NCBI RefSeq assembly: GCF_051097895.1
Contig: NZ_CP142525.1
Location: 330,001 to 362,000 of the forward strand
Direction: 5' to 3'
From: Psychrobacter sp. HD31
GTDB taxonomy: Bacteria > Pseudomonadota > Gammaproteobacteria > Pseudomonadales > Moraxellaceae
DNA: 32,000 bases
Shown: positions 1 through 7,443 of the stretch, one piece after another
How the letters are laid out: every line of letters starts with the position of its first letter
How positions within the stretch are numbered: position 1 is the first letter of the stretch
Translations under genes and position numbers: made by a program
The notes under the pieces: model-generated
The model's database searches: none
What the model was told of the DNA's origin: nothing
The model's input: only the letters and a program-made list of their open reading frames with translations

Positions 1-2
1 GG

Positions 3-1907
3 GTTAATGAAGGTGCCTTGGTTGCAGATAGTGCAAACAATATGCCAGTGGATGATAACGCCATGATTACCGATATGAGTCATCGAGGCTTTATTCCATC
101 TTGGTCTTGCAGTGCTTTTGCGGTTGCTAATCAAGATTTATCAGACCAACGCTGGTTGATTGTGAGTAGCAATCAATCACAAAAAATTGATGAGTTGTGC
201 CAATATGTGGTTAACCAATTACAGCAAGCAGGGGCAAAAGTGCGGGTGGTTGACCCAGCTCAGCTGCAACTGGATTCAGCCGTGGCTTATGCTAACTACT
301 TGAACCAGTTGTCGGATAGTGGTGAGTTCCCTAATCGTGTGTTGTATTTAAACAGTTTAACGGCAGGTGACACCTTAGAGCTTACACAAGATGATAGCAA
401 TGATAAACAAACACAGCTAGATGCAACTTATTACCCTACACTTTATTTTGCGCAAGGCTTGGCAACACAAGCTTGCCTTGATCCAATTGATGTGTGGATG
501 CTGACGGATAGCACATTCCAAGTTAGTGATGAAGCTATTGACCCAATAAAATCAACCATGTTGGGCGCTGCCATTGTGTTGCCACAAGAGTACCCTCAGA
601 TTGCGTGTCGTACCATTGATATCCGACCACAAATGATGGATAGCACCGCAGTTAAAAAACGTATTTTGGCAGAAATAAGTACAGCCAAGCCTGATAGCGA
701 GCCATTTGTTGCTTTGCGTGGTTCAAAGCGTTGGGTTAAACGTTATGAAAATGCAACGATTCCTGCTGTCTCTTCAAATTGTGAAGAGGATAATAATGGG
801 CAAGGTGCTATCAAAAAACAGGGCACGTATCTAATTACTGGTGGGCTTGGGCGTATTGCTCGTGAACTTTGTAAACACTTGGCTACACATAATACCAACC
901 TTGTACTCACCACAACCAGAGAGTTCCCTGAAAAATCATCATGGCATACCCTTGCTGGTTTAAACGAGCAAGATGCTAATTTTAACCCACAAATGACACA
1001 AACAATTAAGCATTTGCTTCAGCTAGAGCAGGCTGGGGCAACTGTAAAAGTGGTTACCACAAGGTTGCACGAGCTAGACGCAGTGCAAGCCTTAGTTGAT
1101 GAAACGGTTAACGAGTTTGGTGGGTTAGATGGGGTTTTCCATTTGGCTGGATTGGCAGATTTACGCTATTTACCAGAAATTGATGTCGCTATTTCACAAA
1201 AAGAGTTTGAGCCAAAAATTGCTGGGCTACTCAATATCTCACAAACACTAGCAAGAGGTATTGAAACGCATCAAATCCAACCTGATTTTGTGATGTTGTT
1301 TTCATCTTTGGCATCCATATTAGGGGGCTATAGTATGACGGCCTATACCGCTGCCAACCGTTTTATGGACTCTTATGCGGCAGCTAACCCTTGGCGACAT
1401 GGCATCCGCTGGTTTTGTGTGAACTGGGATGATTGGGACTTTGACTATAGCAAAGAGCAAACAACCGCTTATGAGCAAACAGTTGCAAAATTTGCCATGC
1501 CAATAGCAGAGGGTATCGAGACCATAGAACGACTATTGGCGATGCCTGAACCACAACAGTGGCTGATATCTACCCGTCCATTATCACCAAGGGTAACCAA
1601 GTGGCTTCAGCAAAATAATCAAAATGAACCAGCCGATAATATGAAGCAGCTCGATGATGAACATCGAGAGATAGATGAGCGTGATTTATTGCTCCGTGTT
1701 TTGGCGGTTTATTGTGATGTGCTGAGCATGCCAAGTTACCAAGCAACAGATAACTTTTTTGCTGCTGGTGGTGACAGCTTATTGGCAAGTCAAATACTGT
1801 TGCAATTGCAACGAAACCTTGGCGAGTACAGAGAAAGTTTGACGCTGGCGAGTATATTCGATAATCCTACTCCGCAAGACTTAGTGGACTTTTTAGAGAG
1901 TAAATAA
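3..1907 (+). CDS. Polyketide synthase / hybrid PKS-NRPS, C-terminal fragment (ketoreductase domain + carrier-protein domain); 5' end lies outside the window
   Basis: The frame is open from nt 3 with no stop before the track's TTG at 18. It has the Rossmann motif 'YLITGGLGRIA', then 'VFHLAG' and 'FSSLASILGGYSMTAYTAANRF' (KR-type SDR active-site Tyr context). A carrier-protein motif 'FFAAGGDSLLASQI' with the phosphopantetheinyl Ser follows. Stop at 1905-1907. Confidence 0.85.
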   Translation, partial: VNEGALVADSANNMPVDDNAMITDMSHRGFIPSWSCSAFAVANQDLSDQRWLIVSSNQSQKIDELCQYVVNQLQQAGAKVRVVDPAQLQLDSAVAYANYLNQLSDSGEFPNRVLYLNSLTAGDTLELTQDDSNDKQTQLDATYYPTLYFAQGLATQACLDPIDVWMLTDSTFQVSDEAIDPIKSTMLGAAIVLPQEYPQIACRTIDIRPQMMDSTAVKKRILAEISTAKPDSEPFVALRGSKRWVKRYENATIPAVSSNCEEDNNGQGAIKKQGTYLITGGLGRIARELCKHLATHNTNLVLTTTREFPEKSSWHTLAGLNEQDANFNPQMTQTIKHLLQLEQAGATVKVVTTRLHELDAVQALVDETVNEFGGLDGVFHLAGLADLRYLPEIDVAISQKEFEPKIAGLLNISQTLARGIETHQIQPDFVMLFSSLASILGGYSMTAYTAANRFMDSYAAANPWRHGIRWFCVNWDDWDFDYSKEQTTAYEQTVAKFAMPIAEGIETIERLLAMPEPQQWLISTRPLSPRVTKWLQQNNQNEPADNMKQLDDEHREIDERDLLLRVLAVYCDVLSMPSYQATDNFFAAGGDSLLASQILLQLQRNLGEYRESLTLASIFDNPTPQDLVDFLESK

Positions 1908-2056
1908 TTTGAGCTAAATGTTTTTTTATTAATGACTATATAATTTTTACATCAAAAAGGTGTTAAGGTTATTTATCATGCAGTTGATAAGAAAAATACT
2001 AAATAAACGATTGGGTTATATTTTAACAAAAATAAATTAGGCTTTAGTTAATAGCG

Positions 2057-3739
2057 ATGCAACTCCTTTGGTTTAAACGAGACTTACGATTAGTTGACCA
2101 CCCAGCACTGGTACGGGCGGTTAAGGCTCGTGCGAGTAATCCATCAAAACATGGTGAGGTTTTGCCCGTTTATATTTTTGAACCAGAACTTTGGCGACAG
2201 CCTGATATGAGCCATCGGCATTATGTATTTTTGTATGAATGTTTGACCGACTTGTATCGGTCGCTTAAAGCGATTGGTTGCCCTCTAGTGGTCAAGGTTG
2301 GCGATGCGATTGAGGTGTTGGAGGCATTGCATCAAAAATATGACGTGACAGCACTTTGGTCACACCAAGAAACATGGAACGGTTGGACATTTGAGCGGGA
2401 TAAACGTATCGCAAGCTGGGCAAAGGCTCGACAGATTGTCTGGTATGAGCCCTTACAATATGGTGTGTTTCGGCGGATTGACCGAATGCAAGGTCGAGAC
2501 CATTGGTCAAAGCTATGGTATGAAAAAATGAATGCCAATGTATTGCCTGCACCCCTTAGTTTAACCATGATTGATGAGCCCTCAGATGTTTTGCCAACAC
2601 CAGAAATGCTGGGTTTGGTTGCTAGTTCAGTTGACGGCATGTCAGATAAAAACCATACTGATGACAAAAACAGTGATGAGTTTGTCCCTAATGAGTTTAG
2701 GATTAATGATGACTGTCGCCAGCTTGGTGGTCGAGAGCATGGGTTAGCAACACTACAGAGCTTTTTGACATACCGAGGAGAGCGTTATACTAAGCAAATG
2801 TCATCACCTGTAACAGCGTTTGACAGTTGTTCTCGTTTGTCGCCATATTTGGCTTTTGGGGTGCTGTCGATGCGTGAGGTGTTTGTGGCGTATAAGGCAA
2901 AAAATGAGGAAATAAAAAATCGCCCTAAACAGGATAGAAGAGCTTGGGGTGGTGCCATGAGGTCGTTTTCAGCCCGCTTACGCTGGCATTGCCATTTTAT
3001 ACAAAAGCTTGAATCTGAACCAGAGATGGAGTTTTATAACTTACACCCTGTGTATGATGGATTGCGAGAGCATGAGTTTAATGAAGCGTACTTTAAGGCA
3101 TGGCAAACGGGGCATACAGGTTACCCAATGATAGACGCCTGTATGCGTGCTTTGATAGCGACAGGATGGATTAATTTTCGTATGCGGGCGATGCTGATGA
3201 GTTTTGCCAGTTATCATTTGTGGTTACACTGGCGACGACCTGCATTACACTTGGCTCGGTTATTTGTGGATTATGAACCAGGCATTCACTATAGCCAAGC
3301 TCAAATGCAATCTGGTACAACGGGAATTAACAGTATTCGAGTATATAATCCAATTAAGCAAGGAGTGGACCAAGACCCTGAAGGTGTATTTATCAAGCGT
3401 TGGATTCCTGAGCTTGCTAATATGCCAACTGAGTTTATTCATACGCCTTGGTTATGTGCCGATGATTTAATATTAGGTATTGAAGCGATGAACGGATATC
3501 CCATGCCCATCGTCGATGAAAAAACAGCGAGAAGACAAGCAACCGATAAGCTATCTGCCATCCGTAAGCATCACGTCCATGGTCATATTGCAAAACAGAT
3601 TGTACAGAAGCATGCGAGTCGCAAGGTTAGTTCAAACCACAAGGGTAGCTCAAAAAAGAAGAATAAGGTCAAAAAACCCAGAGGTGTAAGTGAAAATGCA
3701 ACAAGCACTACAGATGATGTTCAGTTGGGTTTATTTTAA
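2057..3739 (+). CDS. Cryptochrome/photolyase family protein, atypical clade (not class I PhrB-like, not DASH), with a Lys-rich C-terminal tail
   Basis: The N-terminus 'LLWFKRDLRLVDHPAL' matches the photolyase alpha/beta domain. The FAD-binding helical domain shows 'SRLSPYLAFGVLSMREV', 'GYPMIDACMRALIATGWINFRMRAMLMSF' and 'DYEPGIHYSQAQMQSG'. The tail is 'KGSSKKKNKVKKPRG'. Confidence 0.9.
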   Translation: MQLLWFKRDLRLVDHPALVRAVKARASNPSKHGEVLPVYIFEPELWRQPDMSHRHYVFLYECLTDLYRSLKAIGCPLVVKVGDAIEVLEALHQKYDVTALWSHQETWNGWTFERDKRIASWAKARQIVWYEPLQYGVFRRIDRMQGRDHWSKLWYEKMNANVLPAPLSLTMIDEPSDVLPTPEMLGLVASSVDGMSDKNHTDDKNSDEFVPNEFRINDDCRQLGGREHGLATLQSFLTYRGERYTKQMSSPVTAFDSCSRLSPYLAFGVLSMREVFVAYKAKNEEIKNRPKQDRRAWGGAMRSFSARLRWHCHFIQKLESEPEMEFYNLHPVYDGLREHEFNEAYFKAWQTGHTGYPMIDACMRALIATGWINFRMRAMLMSFASYHLWLHWRRPALHLARLFVDYEPGIHYSQAQMQSGTTGINSIRVYNPIKQGVDQDPEGVFIKRWIPELANMPTEFIHTPWLCADDLILGIEAMNGYPMPIVDEKTARRQATDKLSAIRKHHVHGHIAKQIVQKHASRKVSSNHKGSSKKKNKVKKPRGVSENATSTTDDVQLGLF

Positions 3740-3896
3740 GTTTTTACTTATCGTAAGATAATAGGGCAATGTAAAGTTAAAGTAAACGAACTATAGAAAT
3801 GGAACTTAGTTTTTTATACTACTTACTTATTAGTAACCGTGTTTTATTCCTACTATTATTATAGGTTCAGACTAGTTACTGTCTTAATTGATAAGT

Positions 3897-4187
3897 CTAA
3901 GCGTCGAGAATTGCATCCAAATTCTTCTCAATCTGTTCTTTAATCTTTGGCAAAAAGCTTTTAAACAAAAAACCTAACTTGGCGTTCATCTCAAATTTAT
4001 CTGCGGTACTGATGAACACGCCTTCTACGCCTGAGCGTTTAAATTGTACAACATCTTGGTCATCGTTACGTTCCAGTGAACAAGTCATCCGATAGTCTTT
4101 TTTGGCAGATACTATCCAGTCATCAGTAATCTTTCGGGCTTTTTCTAAGCCAAGCGTGTGTTGACGCAAAATGTGTAAGTCACTCAT
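3897..4187 (-). CDS. Polyhydroxyalkanoic-acid-system family small protein (PHA_gran_rgn-like)
   Basis: The 96-aa ORF has the pattern 'H.L....A......W.......Y...C.W......F.RSGV.G......D.F...AKLGFL...' that I recall for this family. Its ATG overlaps the TetR stop by 4 nt (ATGA at 4184-4187). Confidence 0.7.
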   Translation of the reverse strand: MSDLHILRQHTLGLEKARKITDDWIVSAKKDYRMTCSLERNDDQDVVQFKRSGVEGVFISTADKFEMNAKLGFLFKSFLPKIKEQIEKNLDAILDA

Positions 4188-4798
4188 GATTTACTCCCAA
4201 TTCCCTCAAAGCAGGTTGTGGTTACCATCTCAATTATCTTTTCGTCATCATACATGCCACTGGATTTCAAAAACCCTAATACAGGATCACAGGATCTGGC
4301 ATATAGAGTATAGAGAATACAAAGTGGCTCAACATTGGTGGTGATATTACCTATGGCTTGGGCTTGTTCTATCCATTCTCCAAGTGAGTCTGACATGGTC
4401 ACTAACATATCCATGTAATTTTCATGTGCCATTAGATGCTCACGCAGAGAGGAGTTTTCGCTAGGCAGATTGGGCATTTGCTGGTTTAGCTTGAGTCGCA
4501 TTGCCCATTGAGTAACGATTTTAAGCTTTTCAAAGGCACTTTTATCACCATGATTAAGGACAGTTATTTGCTTCAATCCTGTTTTCATAATGTCAACCAA
4601 TGCCCCAACTGCCAATGCTTCTTTACTAGGAAAGTGTCTGTATAAAGATGCTTTAGCAATACCAACGCTATCAGCAATCTCATCAACCGTCATGGCATCA
4701 TAGCCTTTGGTGGCAAGTAGGTTATTAACGGTTTCGATAATGAGTTTTTCGCGCTCTATCATCATTTTTTGTTTGAAAGTGAGTTTTTTTTCAGTCAT
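4184..4798 (-). CDS. TetR/AcrR family transcriptional regulator
   Basis: The HTH signature is 'MTVDEIADSVGIAKASLYRHFPSKEAL'. I prefer the ATG at 4798 ('MTEKKLTF...') over the track's GTG at 4873, whose extra 25 residues look non-native. The exact start is uncertain. Confidence 0.85.
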   Translation of the reverse strand: MTEKKLTFKQKMMIEREKLIIETVNNLLATKGYDAMTVDEIADSVGIAKASLYRHFPSKEALAVGALVDIMKTGLKQITVLNHGDKSAFEKLKIVTQWAMRLKLNQQMPNLPSENSSLREHLMAHENYMDMLVTMSDSLGEWIEQAQAIGNITTNVEPLCILYTLYARSCDPVLGFLKSSGMYDDEKIIEMVTTTCFEGIGSKS

Positions 4799-4894
4799 CA
4801 GGAGTGATTCCAAGTTTTCATAACACATTACCATTGATTGGTTGTTGTATGAGTAGATTATACCCAAAAGCACGAAATATTACCAATTTGTATA

Positions 4895-4916
4895 TTTTAT
4901 ACTAATTAGTATAAAA
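4895..4916. promoter_or_regulatory. Perfect 22-bp palindrome TTTTATACTAATTAGTATAAAA, candidate TetR operator
   Basis: The sequence is identical to its reverse complement. It lies in the divergent intergenic region about 97 nt upstream of the TetR ATG (4798) and just left of a sigma70-like promoter facing the fasciclin gene. Confidence 0.55.
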
Positions 4917-4921
4917 GCGTA

Positions 4922-4950
4922 TTGACTATTCTTTTTCTGGTATGTATAGT
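4922..4950 (+). promoter_or_regulatory. Sigma70-like promoter candidate TTGACT-N17-TATAGT
   Basis: Hexamers sit at 4922-4927 and 4945-4950 with a 17-nt spacer, oriented toward the fasciclin gene (start 5150). This would imply a 5' UTR of about 190 nt. Confidence 0.4.
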
Positions 4951-5149
4951 ATATTTATTCTTAGTTATAACGAACTATATTTAATACCTATTGCACTTTA
5001 ATTAGTTTTAAATATTTTTGTTTTAATCATTGTTTTTATAAAACAATAAATTGTTAGCAGGTATCTAAGGATGTTTAAGTTAAATTTAGTTTCGGTATTT
5101 TAAGGAGCTATTTTTATTCATATAAAACTGAATCAAAAAAGGACTGATT

Positions 5150-5734
5150 ATGACAGTTACAAGAAGTGTTACCAAACTAACAACAATGGCTACCGCTGTA
5201 TTAGCAACTATGGCGTTAAGTGCCTGTATGACTAGCCCAAGCCACTCAAATCACACAGAAAAATCACATGCACAGCACCATAGTAGTCATGCTGATGCTA
5301 GTAATCACAATAAAATGATGGCAAAAAATTTAGTACAAGTTGCTCAATCTGATGAAAACTTCAGTATTTTGGTTGAAGCAGTTGTAGCCGCAGGGTTAGT
5401 TGATACATTGGCAAATACGCCAAACTTAACTGTATTTGCACCAACAGACCAAGCATTTGCTAACCTGCTGGGTGAACTTGGTATGACTAAAGCAGAACTA
5501 TTGGCTAACAAACCACTATTGACCCAAGTGCTGACTTATCATGTTATTCCTGCAAAAGTATATTCACATCAAGTAAAACCAGGGAATTTAACAACGGTTC
5601 AAGGCAAACAGTTTAGCTTTGGTGCCGAAGGGAAGATTACCGATGCTCGTGGCAGAATGGCAAACTTAGTTGCCACTGATATTAAAGCCAGCAATGGTGT
5701 AATTCATGTAATTGATAAGGTTATATTGCCTTAA
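5150..5734 (+). CDS. Fasciclin (FAS1) domain lipoprotein with a His-rich linker
   Basis: The signal peptide ends in the lipobox 'LSAC'. A His-rich stretch 'SHSNHTEKSHAQHHSSHADASNHN' follows. FAS1 motifs are 'LTVFAPTDQAF', 'LTYHVIP' and 'NGVIHVIDKVILP'. SD-like AAGGA lies upstream. Confidence 0.88.
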   Translation: MTVTRSVTKLTTMATAVLATMALSACMTSPSHSNHTEKSHAQHHSSHADASNHNKMMAKNLVQVAQSDENFSILVEAVVAAGLVDTLANTPNLTVFAPTDQAFANLLGELGMTKAELLANKPLLTQVLTYHVIPAKVYSHQVKPGNLTTVQGKQFSFGAEGKITDARGRMANLVATDIKASNGVIHVIDKVILP

Positions 5735-5776
5735 GATTGATGTTTTTTTAGCATTAATTAAGTATACACAATGATT

Positions 5777-5814
5777 GCAAATTGTTGAGCCAAGCTTAGC
5801 AATTTGTGTTTTTT
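5777..5814 (+). terminator. Rho-independent terminator candidate after the fasciclin gene
   Basis: The GCAAATTG ... CAATTTGT stem (one G-U pair) flanks a loop of about 14 nt and is followed by TGTTTTTT. Confidence 0.55.
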
Positions 5815-5847
5815 AAGACGTAGTAGATAAAAATATTAGGTAAAAAA

Positions 5848-6453
5848 ATGACATCAATACCAAAAAAATTGCTTAAAATTTTAGTCTTCGTTGCTACTTC
5901 GAGTTTGTTTATTTCTTGCTCAACTTTAGTAAGCAATAAAAAAACTAGTAATAGTTTACAAACGACAGTTACAAACGTTGATTTAGACGACTATCAAGGT
6001 ACATGGTATGAGATAGCACGCTTGCCAATGTATTTTCAGCGAAATTGTCGTAGGGATGTCACTGCCACTTATCGCAAACGTGCCGATGGCACAATTAAGG
6101 TCACCAATAAATGTATTGATAAGCGTGGTAATCAGATGGTTGCCAACGGTGTAGCAAGCGCTGATGCAAACTATCCTGATGCCAAGAATAGCCGTTTGTT
6201 AGTCAGTTTTTTGCCTAAGTCATTACAGTGGTTACCTGTGGGTAAAGGTGGCTATTGGATATTAGCATTAGATACTGATGCAAAGACAGGCAACTATAAT
6301 CATGTGCTGATAGGCTCACCCAGCCGTAAGTATCTATGGATATTGTCACGCACGCCTAATATGTCTGAAGTAGATTATCAACGATATGTGGCTATCGCCA
6401 AAGCACAAGGCTACGAGTTAGATAAATTGATTCGGACAACACACAGTGACTAG
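5848..6453 (+). CDS. blc: Outer-membrane lipoprotein Blc (bacterial lipocalin)
   Basis: The lipobox is 'FISC'. The lipocalin signatures 'YQGTWYEIARLP' and 'YLWILSRTP' closely match my memory of E. coli Blc. Confidence 0.92.
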   Translation: MTSIPKKLLKILVFVATSSLFISCSTLVSNKKTSNSLQTTVTNVDLDDYQGTWYEIARLPMYFQRNCRRDVTATYRKRADGTIKVTNKCIDKRGNQMVANGVASADANYPDAKNSRLLVSFLPKSLQWLPVGKGGYWILALDTDAKTGNYNHVLIGSPSRKYLWILSRTPNMSEVDYQRYVAIAKAQGYELDKLIRTTHSD

Positions 6454-6615
6454 TAATTAATAACCAGTCAATAAAAGTAATCAAGAATAAGCAACAAGTG
6501 ATAAGTAAAGCAAAACCTAACCAGTAATTGAACCAGTCAAACGTTACGATATTTAATAAACGATATGACTTACAATTACTTAACAAACCAATACTTAGTA
6601 ACAAGTGAGCGACAA

Positions 6616-7431
6616 ATGACCAAACGTATTCTTATTACGGGTGCAACTTCAGGCATTGGTTACCAATTGGTGATTGATTACCTAAATGCGGGTCATTATG
6701 TTTATGCAGTGGGTAGAAACCAAACTGTTTTGCAGCAACTAAAACAGCTCGGGGCTATGATTATCATTGCTGATTTAACCGACCGAAATCAGGCAATTGA
6801 CTCAATACAAAATATGTTGCAACAAACACCATTGGATGTGGTGATATGTTGTGCAGGCATTTGTCAGTATGTTGATATCACTCATATCAATTCTACTCAT
6901 ACTACTAATAGTAGTAACAGTGCCAGTCAAACTATCAATACAATGTCCTCAGCTTCATCAGAGTTATTAGGGTTTGATAGTGCTAAGATAATGGACGTGA
7001 TGAATACCAATTTTGGTACGTTGGTACATACCATTGAAGCAGTATTGCCTTATTTACAGCAATCAAAAGGACGATTGGTTGCACTGGGTTCAGCATCGGC
7101 ATTTGTACCCTTTGTTCGTGCTGAAGCATATGCCAGCTCTAAATCAGCGGTGCATTATCTGATTAAAACCTTACAACTGAGCCTAAAGCCATATGATATA
7201 GACGTGAGTTTGGTGATACCAGGATTTGTTGATACGCCAATGACGGCTCAAAATGATTTTGACATGCCATTTTTGCAGACAGTAGAACAAGCAAGCCAAG
7301 CGATTAGAAAAGGTATCGAAAATGGTGAGGATGTGATTGAGTTTCCAAAAAGGTTGACTGTTCCCTTAAAAACACTTGGCATGTTACCCAATGTAGTTTG
7401 GGAGCGTGTATCGGATAGGTTGAATAAATAA
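6616..7431 (+). CDS. SDR family oxidoreductase (first gene of the lipid-modification operon)
   Basis: The motifs are 'ILITGATSGIGYQL' (TGxxxGxG) and 'YASSKSAVHYL' (YxxxK). I prefer the ATG at 6616 to the track start at 6565. An S/T/N-rich insertion 'HINSTHTTNSSNSASQTINTMSSASS' is present. Confidence 0.85.
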   Translation: MTKRILITGATSGIGYQLVIDYLNAGHYVYAVGRNQTVLQQLKQLGAMIIIADLTDRNQAIDSIQNMLQQTPLDVVICCAGICQYVDITHINSTHTTNSSNSASQTINTMSSASSELLGFDSAKIMDVMNTNFGTLVHTIEAVLPYLQQSKGRLVALGSASAFVPFVRAEAYASSKSAVHYLIKTLQLSLKPYDIDVSLVIPGFVDTPMTAQNDFDMPFLQTVEQASQAIRKGIENGEDVIEFPKRLTVPLKTLGMLPNVVWERVSDRLNK

Positions 7432-7443
7432 TTGAGAATATGC

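Noticed and set aside
1978-2040. 20-codon upstream ORF (MQLIRKILNKRLGYILTKIN) ending 16 nt before the first CPF start
   Set aside because: It has a plausible AAGG upstream, but short ORFs of this kind arise easily in AT-rich leaders. I have no conservation evidence.
2292-3470. Alternative-frame and antisense ORFs inside the first CPF gene (2292-2552, 2332-2667, 3204-3470, 3260-3442)
   Set aside because: All are nested within a gene that has strong family motifs, and none has its own motifs or SD.
4799-4873. Long N-terminal extension of the TetR gene from the GTG at 4873
   Set aside because: The extra 25 residues (MLLGIIYSYNNQSMVMCYENLESLL) lie before the usual position of the TetR HTH. They would also put the start only 22 nt from the operator palindrome. 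The ATG at 4798 gives a typical TetR length.
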